Below are positions 48,427 through 56,626 of a stretch of DNA of 63,305 bases, in pieces. How positions within the stretch are numbered: position 1 is the stretch's first letter; every line of letters starts with the position of its first letter. The stretch covers positions 1-63,305 of the forward strand of contig JAKALQ010000003.1 of assembly GCA_021824095.1 (NCBI GenBank), read 5' to 3'. The DNA comes from Actinomycetes bacterium. GTDB lineage: Bacteria > Actinomycetota > Actinomycetes > S36-B12 > UBA5976. The notes below the pieces were generated by a model. The model had not been told where the DNA came from. It did not search any database and worked only from the letters and a program-made list of their open reading frames with translations. The translations under genes were made by a program, and so were the position numbers.

Positions 48427-48485
48427 GCTAGGACTCAGAACGGGCGGACAAATCACCCAAATTTCAACCCTTTCTGAGTCCTAGC
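48427..48485 (+). repeat. Copy C of the TIR element (best-preserved; 14-bp perfect TIR)
   Basis: The sequence is GCTAGGACTCAGAA-CGGGCGGACAAATCACCCAAATTTCAACCCT-TTCTGAGTCCTAGC. Confidence 0.9.
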
Positions 48486-48495
48486 GCGGATGGGG

Positions 48496-48996
48496 TCAGG
48501 CGGCGGGGCGGGCCAGGGCGTCGATGACGGTGACGCCGGGGAGCTTCAGCAGCTCGTGGGGGTCGAGCAGCAGCTTGCTCGAGCGGTTGCCGCCTCCCAT
48601 CACCACGCGCGTGCGCTCCATGACGGCCGCATCGACGTACACCGGGTGCCCCACCACCCCCACAGCCGTCACGCCGCCGATCATCATGCCCGTCACCGCC
48701 TGGGTGACCTCGGCATCGGCGAAGGACAGCTTCTTCGTCCCCATGAGGTCCGCCACGGCATGGTTCACGTCGAGTCGCGTGGTGCCGAGGAGCACGCACA
48801 CGGCGTACCGCACCGGCTCCAGCCGCTTCGACGCGACGAGGATCGTGTTCGCAGCATCCTCGATCGCCACGCCGTAGTGCGCGCAGAAGGCCGCCGTGTC
48901 CGCCAGACCGGGATCGCAGGCGAGCACCTCGCAGGCAAGCCCATGGCGCGTGATCGCCGCGCGCACCGCGGGGTCGAGGATCGACGGATCGGACAC
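48496..48996 (-). CDS. Second YbaK/ProX-type aminoacyl-tRNA editing domain protein
   Basis: It shows ANTILVASKRLEPVRYAVCVLLGTTRLD and MIGGVTAVG. The start is GTG 48996, preceded by GGAGG. The rest of ORF 48496..49566 is a non-coding extension. Confidence 0.7.
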   Translation of the reverse strand: MSDPSILDPAVRAAITRHGLACEVLACDPGLADTAAFCAHYGVAIEDAANTILVASKRLEPVRYAVCVLLGTTRLDVNHAVADLMGTKKLSFADAEVTQAVTGMMIGGVTAVGVVGHPVYVDAAVMERTRVVMGGGNRSSKLLLDPHELLKLPGVTVIDALARPAA

Positions 48997-49166
48997 GATG
49001 CTGCCTCCAACGGGAATCGAGTGACGGCACGCTAGCGCGGCTCCCCACCCCGTCCCCGCAGGGAGGCGCGATCGCACCGCACCAGCCGCGCCGGCGCAAC
49101 GCCAACCGCGTCTGGCCAACGTCGGCTTCGCAGGCAGGCACCGACGCGCGCCGCCGACGCTTCGCG

Positions 49167-49997
49167 TCAGCGCTGGCAGTGCGGGCAGGACGTCGTGCCG
49201 CGTCCCGCCACGACACTGCGCTGCAGGGTGTGCCCACACACCATGCACGGCAGCCCCGCACGCCCGTAGGCGCGCAACTGCCACTGCATCGCCCCGGGCC
49301 CACCATCGACGTGCCCGTAGTCCCGCAGCGAGGCGCCACCTGCCGCGATCGACTGGTGCAGCACGTCGAGGACGGCCGCATGCAACCGCTGCAGCGCAGG
49401 ACGTCGCAGGCTGCCGGCAGCCCGGCCTGGGCGCACTCCCGCAGCGAACAGCGCCTCGTCTGCCACGTAGTTGCCGATGCCGGCGACACGGTGCTGGTCG
49501 AGCAGCAGCGCCTTGATCGGGGCACGTCGTCCATCGGCGTCCGCCACCAATTGGGCGGCCGTCCATGCCTCCAGCGCATCAGGGCCCATCGCCTGCAACG
49601 CCGGCAGCGCCACCGCACCCTCGGCATCGCGTGCCCCGACGTGCGCATGGCCGAATCCGCGCGGGTCGACGAGGCTCACCACCGCGCGCTCCTGCCCGCG
49701 GCGCAGCAGCAGTCGCAATCGCTCGTGCGTGCGCAGTGGCTCGCGTGCCTGTGGCGCGGCCGCACCAACCCGTACGGCACCACTCATGCCCAGGTGCAGG
49801 TCCAGCGTGGCATCACCGTCGCAGTCGATGAGCAGGTGCTTGCCGATGCGACGCACCCCGAGCACACGGCCACCCGCAAGGTCGGTTGCCTGCGTCCAAT
49901 GCGCATGCCCATCGACGATGACGGACGTCAGGCGGGCACCGATCGCATGTGGACGCAGGGCCCGCGCCAGTGTCTCGACCTCCGGCAGTTCCGGCAT
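49167..49997 (-). CDS. Fpg/Nei-family DNA glycosylase/AP lyase
   Basis: It has the N-terminal MPELPEVE, an H2TH region and a C-terminal zinc finger CMVCGHTL...CPHCQ. Confidence 0.85.
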   Translation of the reverse strand: MPELPEVETLARALRPHAIGARLTSVIVDGHAHWTQATDLAGGRVLGVRRIGKHLLIDCDGDATLDLHLGMSGAVRVGAAAPQAREPLRTHERLRLLLRRGQERAVVSLVDPRGFGHAHVGARDAEGAVALPALQAMGPDALEAWTAAQLVADADGRRAPIKALLLDQHRVAGIGNYVADEALFAAGVRPGRAAGSLRRPALQRLHAAVLDVLHQSIAAGGASLRDYGHVDGGPGAMQWQLRAYGRAGLPCMVCGHTLQRSVVAGRGTTSCPHCQR

Positions 49998-50040
49998 GGC
50001 GCCATTGTGCCGTCACCGCTGCGGCACCGGCACTGCACCC

Positions 50041-51225
50041 TCAGCGATCGACGTGCATGCGCCGCACGAGCGTTGGCGTGGCCACCGCCGGGCCCACGCA
50101 CACGGTCGCGAGGACGGCGTAGAGCAGGGTCCATGATCCGGTGGTGTGCAGCAGCCAACCGCAGAGCAGCGGCCCGAGCGCGGCAACCGAGTACACGACG
50201 GTGAACACCATCGCGGTGAGCCGCGCCGACGCGTCGCCGTCATCGGTGAGCCAGCCGATCATCGCAAGCCCCATCGCGAACCATCCGGTGTTGAAGCCGC
50301 CGAAGGCCACCACCCACACAGCACTCCACGTCATCGGCATGACGGCGAGGCCCACGAGGCCGAGCGCCGTGACCGCGATGACGCCCTCGATGAGCAGCAC
50401 CGGCCGTCGGGTGCGTTGCAGCAGCGGCGGCCCGATGAAGGCCGCGACGATGCCAGCAGCCGTGAACAACCCGAGAAGCAGGCCACTACCGGCCTGTGAC
50501 ATGCCGTGGGCGGCGAAGGAGTCCGCCAGCCAGGCCACGCCACTGTAGAAGCCGAACGAGTTTGCGGCGATGAACAACGTGAGCCACCAGGCGGTGCTGT
50601 CACGCCACGGCAGGTCACCGAGCGATGGCCGCACGAGGACCCGCTCGGGCGTGCGATGGGGCCGCTCCACCACGCCCCACACGATGAAGGCAAGCAGGGC
50701 CGGCAGCGCCCACACGGCGAGGCCCGCGCGCCAGGATCCGAGCCACTGCCCAAGCGGCACGGTGGCGGCGGCGCCGAGGGCCGCACCACCCGACATCACC
50801 GACGTCCACAGTCCGGTGACGATGCCCATGCGCTCGGGCAACTGCGCCTTCACGATGCCGGGCACGAGACCACCGACGATCGCGATGCCGACCCCGGCGA
50901 GGATGACGGACAGCACGAGCACGACGAGGCGATCGCCAAGGAGACGCAGGCCCGGCGCGGCGGTGAGCACAGCAAGGCCGAGCCAGACGGCGCGCGTCGA
51001 TCCGAGCCGCGCGGCGAGCCCCGGTACGAGGAATGCCAGCAGGCCCATGCACAGGATCGGCACCGTGGTGAGCGCACCGAGCGCCACGTCGCCAAGGCCG
51101 GTCGCGGTGCGGATGTCGGCGAGCACCGTGGGCACACTCGTGAGGGCAGTCCGCAGGTTGAATGCGGCGAGGGCGAGGGCGACGAGCGCCAGCGCACGGC
51201 CTCCCGGCCGTCCGTGCTCCGCCAT
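50041..51225 (-). CDS. MFS transporter (CynX/NimT-like)
   Basis: It starts [35 protein letters not shown] and has a 12-TM profile. AGGAGG lies 5 nt before the ATG at 51225. The upstream 590 codons of ORF 50041..52995 are antisense to glnA. Confidence 0.85.
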   Translation of the reverse strand: MAEHGRPGGRALALVALALAAFNLRTALTSVPTVLADIRTATGLGDVALGALTTVPILCMGLLAFLVPGLAARLGSTRAVWLGLAVLTAAPGLRLLGDRLVVLVLSVILAGVGIAIVGGLVPGIVKAQLPERMGIVTGLWTSVMSGGAALGAAATVPLGQWLGSWRAGLAVWALPALLAFIVWGVVERPHRTPERVLVRPSLGDLPWRDSTAWWLTLFIAANSFGFYSGVAWLADSFAAHGMSQAGSGLLLGLFTAAGIVAAFIGPPLLQRTRRPVLLIEGVIAVTALGLVGLAVMPMTWSAVWVVAFGGFNTGWFAMGLAMIGWLTDDGDASARLTAMVFTVVYSVAALGPLLCGWLLHTTGSWTLLYAVLATVCVGPAVATPTLVRRMHVDR

Positions 51226-51360
51226 CTGCCCTCCTGTCGTCGGATGGAGCATGGCAACTCGACCGCGGCCGCGGTCACAGCCCGGCGCAGGCACGCAACA
51301 TGGTGCGCTGCGCGGCGGCAGTGCCGCGCCGGGCGCCCGACGTCCGACCCGTCCACCCCC

Positions 51361-51376
51361 GTAACACGGACGAAAC
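51361..51376 (+). promoter_or_regulatory. Candidate GlnR half-box GTAAC-N6-GAAAC
   Basis: It matches the actinobacterial GlnR a/b-site consensus gTnAc-n6-GaAAc and lies 63 nt upstream of glnA. I see only one a-b pair. Confidence 0.45.
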
Positions 51377-51438
51377 GAGGGGTTGGAAGGCTTCGGGCGT
51401 GCGCCGGACGGCGCCGGCCCCTGATCCGAGGAGCAGAT

Positions 51439-52869
51439 ATGTTCACAAGCGCCCACGAGGTCGTGGAATTCATCAAGCAAGAGCACATCGCCTACGTCGA
51501 TGTCCGCTTCTGCGACCTGCCCGGCATCCAGCAGCACTTCAACGTGCCGGCGAGCACCTTCGACGAGAGCGTCTTCAACGACGGCCTCATGTTCGACGGC
51601 TCGTCGATCCGCGGCTTCCAGGCCATCAACGAGTCCGACATGAAGCTGCTCCCGGACATCGCGTCGGCGTTCGTTGACCCCTTCCGCGCCGAGAAGACGC
51701 TCGTCATCAACTTCTCCGTCGTCGACCCCTACACGCACGCGCCCTACAGCCGCGACCCGCGCGGTGTCGCCGCCAAGGCTGAGGCCTACCTCAAGGCGAC
51801 GGGCATCGCCGACACGGTGTTCTTCGGCCCCGAGGCCGAGTTCTACGTCTTCGACGAGGTGAACTTCGCCACCGGCCCCAACGCCTCGCACCACTACATC
51901 GACTCCGTTGAGGGCGCGTGGAACTCCGGCGCCGACGTGAACGCCGATGGCACGCCGAACCGCGGCTACAAGACCCGCTTCAAGGGTGGCTACTTCCCCG
52001 TCTCGCCCACCGACATGTTCGCCGACCTGCGCGACAAGATGTCGACGGTCCTGCAGCAGGTGGGCCTCCAGGTCGAGCGCGCGCACCACGAGGTGGGCAC
52101 CGCCGGCCAGATGGAGATCAACTACAAGTTCAACACCCTGCAGCACGCTGCTGACGAGGTGCTCTTGTTCAAGTACGTCATCAAGAACGTGGCCTGGGAG
52201 GCCGGCAGGACGGCGACCTTCATGCCGAAGCCGCTGTTCCAGGACAACGGCTCGGGCATGCACTGCCACCAGTCGCTGTGGAAGGACGGCAAGCCGCTGT
52301 TCTACGACGAGAACGGCTACGGCGGGCTCTCGGACCTCGCCCGCTGGTACATCGGTGGCCTGCTGCACCACGCCCCGTCGCTGCTGGCCTTCACGAACCC
52401 GTCGGTGAACTCCTTCCACCGCCTGGTGCCCGGCTACGAGGCACCCGTGAACCTCGTCTACTCGGCACGCAACCGCTCGGCCTGCATCCGCATCCCGATC
52501 ACCGGCACGAACCCCAAGGCCAAGCGCCTCGAGTTCCGCGTCCCCGACCCGGCGGCGAACCCGTACCTCGCCTTCGCCGCGATGCTCATGGCCGGCCTCG
52601 ACGGCATCAAGCACAAGATCGAGCCGCCGGCACCGGTCGACAAGGACCTCTACGAGCTCCCGGCCGAGGAGGCCAAGGCCATCCCGCAGGTGCCCGGCTC
52701 GCTCGGCGCAGTGCTCGACGCACTCGAGGCTGACCACGCCTACCTGCTCGAGGGCGGCGTGTTCACGCCGGACCTCATCGACACGTGGATCGCGATGAAG
52801 CGCAAGGAGGCGGACTACGTGCAGCTGCGTCCGCACCCCGCGGAGTTCGAGCTCTACTACGACATCTGA
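51439..52869 (+). CDS. glnA: Glutamine synthetase type I
   Basis: It shows [31 protein letters not shown] and [16 protein letters not shown]. Confidence 0.97.
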   Translation: MFTSAHEVVEFIKQEHIAYVDVRFCDLPGIQQHFNVPASTFDESVFNDGLMFDGSSIRGFQAINESDMKLLPDIASAFVDPFRAEKTLVINFSVVDPYTHAPYSRDPRGVAAKAEAYLKATGIADTVFFGPEAEFYVFDEVNFATGPNASHHYIDSVEGAWNSGADVNADGTPNRGYKTRFKGGYFPVSPTDMFADLRDKMSTVLQQVGLQVERAHHEVGTAGQMEINYKFNTLQHAADEVLLFKYVIKNVAWEAGRTATFMPKPLFQDNGSGMHCHQSLWKDGKPLFYDENGYGGLSDLARWYIGGLLHHAPSLLAFTNPSVNSFHRLVPGYEAPVNLVYSARNRSACIRIPITGTNPKAKRLEFRVPDPAANPYLAFAAMLMAGLDGIKHKIEPPAPVDKDLYELPAEEAKAIPQVPGSLGAVLDALEADHAYLLEGGVFTPDLIDTWIAMKRKEADYVQLRPHPAEFELYYDI

Positions 52870-52882
52870 TCGACGCACGTGC

Positions 52883-52908
52883 GGAGGCCCCGGTTCACCG
52901 GGGCCTCC
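52883..52908 (+). terminator. Hairpin terminator after glnA
   Basis: GGAGGCCCCGG-ttca-CCGGGGCCTCC lies 14 nt after the stop. Confidence 0.7.
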
Positions 52909-52924
52909 GTCGTATCGTGCGCCC

Positions 52925-54394
52925 ATGGCAATCCTCGCGATCGACGCCGGTACCACCGGCGTGACGGTGCTCGTCGTCGACGAGCAGGGCAGCATCCGCG
53001 CACGCGGCTATCGGGAGTTCCCCCAGCACTTCCCCCAACCGGGCTGGGTGGAGCATTCGCCCGACGAGATCTGGGACGCCACCCTGGCCGCTGCCACCGA
53101 CGCCATCGCGCAGTCACCGGGGCCCCTCGCCGGCATCGGCATCACGAACCAGCGCGAGACCATCGTCGTCTGGGACGCTGACACGCTCCGCGCACCGCGT
53201 CGCGCCATCGTCTGGCAGGACCGTCGCACCGCGGCCATCGTCGACGAACTGCGGGCGCGGGCCGTCGAGCCCTGGGTGCGGGCCACGACCGGCCTGGGCC
53301 TCGACCCCTACTTCTCCTCCACCAAGCTGCTGTGGCTTGCACGCAACGAACCCCGGCTCTGGGAGGGGGTGCGTGACGGCTCGCTGCGCGTCGGCACCAT
53401 CGACGCCTACCTCATCGCACGCCTCACCGGCGGTCGTCTGCACGTGACGGATGCGACGAACGCGTCGCGCACCCAGTTGCTGGACCTGCGCACCGCGCAG
53501 TGGGACCCCGACCTGCTCGACCTGTTCGAGGTGCCGGCGCACGCCCTGCCGACCGTGGTGCCGTCGACGGGCGCCGTCGGGCACACCGATCCCGCGTCCT
53601 TCCTCGGCCTGTCGCTGCCGATCGCCGGTATCGCCGGAGACCAGCAGGCCGCGCTCTTCGGGCAGGGCGGCGTCACGGCGGGTGACGTGAAGTGCACCTA
53701 CGGCACGGGCGCCTTCATCCTCATGCACACCGGCACCCGGGCGGTCGCGTCGACGCATGGCCTGCTCACCACGATCGCACTGCAGGAGCCCGATGGGCGT
53801 CTGGCGTACGCCCTCGAGGGCTCGGTGTTCGTGGCGGGCGCGGCCGTGCAGTGGCTGCGCGACGGGCTCGGCATCATCGCGAGCGCATCCGAGGTGGAGG
53901 CCCTCGCCGCGTCCGTCGAATCCAGTGAGGGCGTGGTGTTCGTACCGGCGCTCACCGGGCTCGGGGCGCCCGAGTGGGATCCGAGCGCGCGCGGCACCAT
54001 CCTCGGCATCACGCGGGGCACCACCACGGCACACATCGCCCGGGCCACACTCGAGGCCATCGCCTGGCAGGTGCAGGACGTCGTCACCGCCATGGAGGCC
54101 GACGCCGGCAGCCGCATTGACGCGCTGCGCGTGGATGGCGGCGCAGCGGCCAACAACCTGCTGCTGCAGCTGCAGTCCGACGCACTGCAGGCCCCGGTGC
54201 TGCGTGGCCGCGCGCTGGAGACCACCGGCCTCGGCGCGGCATTCCTCGCCGGCATCGCCACCGGCGTGTGGGCGGATGCCGCCGAGGTGCGCGCGACCCT
54301 GCGGCCCGACCGTCAGTTCGCCCCGAGCGGTGACCGGCCGGACCATGCCCGTTGGACGAAGGCCGTCACCCGTGCCCGCGCCTGGGCCGACTGA
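52925..54394 (+). CDS. glpK: Glycerol kinase (FGGY family)
   Basis: It starts ILAIDAGTTGVTVLVVD, then PGWVEHSPDEIW, GITNQRETIVVWD and GDQQAALFGQ. Confidence 0.9.
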   Translation: MAILAIDAGTTGVTVLVVDEQGSIRARGYREFPQHFPQPGWVEHSPDEIWDATLAAATDAIAQSPGPLAGIGITNQRETIVVWDADTLRAPRRAIVWQDRRTAAIVDELRARAVEPWVRATTGLGLDPYFSSTKLLWLARNEPRLWEGVRDGSLRVGTIDAYLIARLTGGRLHVTDATNASRTQLLDLRTAQWDPDLLDLFEVPAHALPTVVPSTGAVGHTDPASFLGLSLPIAGIAGDQQAALFGQGGVTAGDVKCTYGTGAFILMHTGTRAVASTHGLLTTIALQEPDGRLAYALEGSVFVAGAAVQWLRDGLGIIASASEVEALAASVESSEGVVFVPALTGLGAPEWDPSARGTILGITRGTTTAHIARATLEAIAWQVQDVVTAMEADAGSRIDALRVDGGAAANNLLLQLQSDALQAPVLRGRALETTGLGAAFLAGIATGVWADAAEVRATLRPDRQFAPSGDRPDHARWTKAVTRARAWAD

Positions 54395-54420
54395 CGGCAA
54401 CGACGAACGCCGCCGAAGAC

Positions 54421-54459
54421 ACGCGTCCCCGACGCCCATGCAGGGCATCGGGGACGCGT
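54421..54459. terminator. Bidirectional hairpin between glpK and the convergent exported-protein gene
   Basis: ACGCGTCCCCGACGCCC-atgca-GGGCATCGGGGACGCGT forms a 17-bp stem with one mismatch. Confidence 0.7.
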
Positions 54460-54473
54460 CGTGTCGGGGTGAC

Positions 54474-54980
54474 TCAGGGCACGACGACGAGCACTCCGGT
54501 GATGCTCGGGTTCTCGCTCGTCGTCATGGCGTAGGTGCCGGGCGTGGTCGGCGCGAGGAAGGCCGAGATGTCGTTGGCCGGCACGGTCACGGAGATGCCG
54601 GCGGACGAGATGACGAGTGTGTGCGGCACGGCGTCCGCGTTGCGCAACGTCACCGTGAGGCCGGCGTGCACGGTGAGGCTGTTCATGGCGTCACCAGCGA
54701 AGCGGATGATGACCCCCATCGGCGGGTTGTCCGCGGTGGCGGTCGGCGATGGCGTGGGCTTGGCGGGCTTCACGACCGGCTTGCGCTTCGTCGTCTTCTT
54801 CACCACCTTGCACTGCACGGTGTGGCCGTTCACCACCATCGTGGCGTGCCCCTTCACCACCTTCACGTGATGGTTCGGGAGACATGGGCGCAGCGTGGCA
54901 GCCGAAGCCGCCGTCCCCATGCCGACGGTGAGCAGCGCGGCCGCCGCCACGCCTGCCAGCAACGTGATGGTGCGACGCAT
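54474..54980 (-). CDS. Exported protein: two-Cys module, K/P-rich linker and a cupredoxin-like domain lacking obvious Cu ligands
   Basis: It has the signal peptide MRRTITLLAGVAAAALLTVGMGTAASA with GGAGG upstream. The C-terminus (LTVTLRNADAVPHTLV...PGTYAMTTSENPSITGVLVVV) is plastocyanin-fold-like, but the C..H..M ligands are absent. Confidence 0.6.
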   Translation of the reverse strand: MRRTITLLAGVAAAALLTVGMGTAASAATLRPCLPNHHVKVVKGHATMVVNGHTVQCKVVKKTTKRKPVVKPAKPTPSPTATADNPPMGVIIRFAGDAMNSLTVHAGLTVTLRNADAVPHTLVISSAGISVTVPANDISAFLAPTTPGTYAMTTSENPSITGVLVVVP

Positions 54981-55104
54981 GCCGACCTCCTGAGTCCGAT
55001 CCACGGCATCCCGTGACGCTCCAAGGGTACGCATGCGCCAGCAGTGCACCCGGACGAATCGGACCAAGTCAGGGCGAAGGTCCCGAGGCGACGGCGCTGC
55101 CTGC

Positions 55105-55110
55105 TAGCGT
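55105..55110 (+). promoter_or_regulatory. -10 hexamer TAGCGT, 6 nt upstream of the GTG start of the histidine phosphatase gene (leaderless geometry)
   Basis: The sequence reads GCTAGCGTgcccgcGTG. Confidence 0.45.
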
Positions 55111-55116
55111 GCCCGC

Positions 55117-55704
55117 GTGCCAACGGACCTCGTCATCGTGCGCCACGGGCAGACCGACTGGAACCTCGAGCATCGCATCCAGGGGTCGACCGACATCCCG
55201 CTCAACGAGACGGGGCTCGCCCAGGCCACGCATACGCGCGACGCCCTCGCGAACGCACACTTCGACGCGGTCGCCTCCAGCCACCTGCAGCGCGCATCCG
55301 TGACCGCCACGACCATCGCCGGGGATCGCACGCTGCCGATCGTGGTCGACCGACGCCTCACGGAGCGGTCCTTCGCGCATGTCGAAGGCTGGAAGGTCGC
55401 TGACGTGAAAGCCGCCTTCCCGTCCTTCGACGACATCGCAGGTGTCGAGCCATGGAGCGCGGTGACCGCACGCATGCTCGAGGGGCTGCTGGCCCTTGCC
55501 GACGCGTACGAGGGCGGACGCGTGCTCGTGGTCACGCATGGCAGCGCCATCCGCGCGTTCGTGGCATCGGTGCAGGGCATCGGCCCACGCGATGTGCAGA
55601 GCCTGTGGAACTGCAGCATCTCGCAGGTCCGGCACGAACGCGGCACGTGGGTGCTCGACGCCTTCAACGACAACAGCCACCTGCCGGATCAGCTCCGCAG
55701 TTGA
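55117..55704 (+). CDS. Histidine phosphatase (phosphoglycerate mutase-like) family protein
   Basis: It has the RHGQTDWN catalytic motif and a downstream VTHG. Confidence 0.85.
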   Translation: MPTDLVIVRHGQTDWNLEHRIQGSTDIPLNETGLAQATHTRDALANAHFDAVASSHLQRASVTATTIAGDRTLPIVVDRRLTERSFAHVEGWKVADVKAAFPSFDDIAGVEPWSAVTARMLEGLLALADAYEGGRVLVVTHGSAIRAFVASVQGIGPRDVQSLWNCSISQVRHERGTWVLDAFNDNSHLPDQLRS

Positions 55705-55944
55705 TACCTCGCGCTTCCGAGGTTTTCCCCTCGAGGGCGCGACATACGGCCGAAAGTCCCGAAAGCGCCAACCACGCCTGATTTCCAAGGGGTTTGTTGA
55801 GCCTTTGGTCCTATGCGGGTGTGACGAATCGCCTTTCGAACCGGTCCATTCGTAGCGAATTGCGCAAGTTCGGATCAGTAATCTGAGGGCGTAGGAATTC
55901 GCTCGGTCTCCGGGCGATGCGCGACGAGTGTTTGGTGAATCTCG

Positions 55945-56598
55945 ATGGAACTCAGGCGAATTGCACGCGCGGCTGGCGCCGCCCTCCTCGCGGTCGGCAT
56001 GGTGGCCTCCGCCACTGGCACCGCAACCGCTGCTCCCCAGGCAGCGAAGAAGAAGCAGATCACGTGCTACAAGGGCACGGTGGCCAAGAAGTACACCGCC
56101 ACCAAGTGCCCCAAGGGCTGGTCGCCGAAGAAGCCTGCTGCCAAGCCGGCCGCGTCAGCCAAGACGGTGGCCTTCAACGCCACCTACAAGGGCAACCTCA
56201 CCATGCTGTGGAGCTCGAGCGACGTGAAGGTCACCGACCTCAGCGGCACCTCGTCCGACGCCGGTGCCGCAGGCCTCGCTGCGATGACCGCCACGGGCAC
56301 CTCCTCCCCCTCGTCGCAGTGCGCGGCCATCTCCGGTGAGGGCACGCTCGGCAGCGGTGCCAACACCCTGAAGTTCAAGGTCGATCCCAAGACGCAGGGC
56401 TGTGCCGCCGACTCGGCAGCGCCCAGCAACGTGGCCGTCACGGGCACGGTCACCGTCACCGGTGGCACGGGCAAGTTCGCCGGCGCCACGGGCACCCTCA
56501 CCGTGAAGGGCGGTTTCTTCGTGAAGTCCACCGCCGCGGGCACGAAGGACTCACAGGCCTTCACCGCCACCTTCACCGGCTCCATCAAGCTCAAGTGA
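55945..56598 (+). CDS. Exported protein: two-Cys module, K/P-rich linker and a beta-rich domain with a GGTGKFAGATG motif (unknown function)
   Basis: It has the signal peptide MELRRIARAAGAALLAVGMVASATGTATA. The GGTGxFxGAxG motif is reminiscent of dirigent/AOC-like barrels. Third positions are G/C-rich. Confidence 0.6.
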   Translation: MELRRIARAAGAALLAVGMVASATGTATAAPQAAKKKQITCYKGTVAKKYTATKCPKGWSPKKPAAKPAASAKTVAFNATYKGNLTMLWSSSDVKVTDLSGTSSDAGAAGLAAMTATGTSSPSSQCAAISGEGTLGSGANTLKFKVDPKTQGCAADSAAPSNVAVTGTVTVTGGTGKFAGATGTLTVKGGFFVKSTAAGTKDSQAFTATFTGSIKLK

Positions 56599-56626
56599 TC
56601 CCAACCCAACAAGAAGGATGTACCCA

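Noticed and set aside
50041-52995. A 984-aa minus-strand ORF spanning the MFS gene and running antisense across all of glnA.
   Set aside because: Only the last 394 codons (from ATG 51225 with AGGAGG) look like a real MFS transporter. The upstream part is a stop-free shadow of glnA, typical of high-GC DNA, with an Arg/Gly/Val/Asp-rich low-complexity translation and no motifs.
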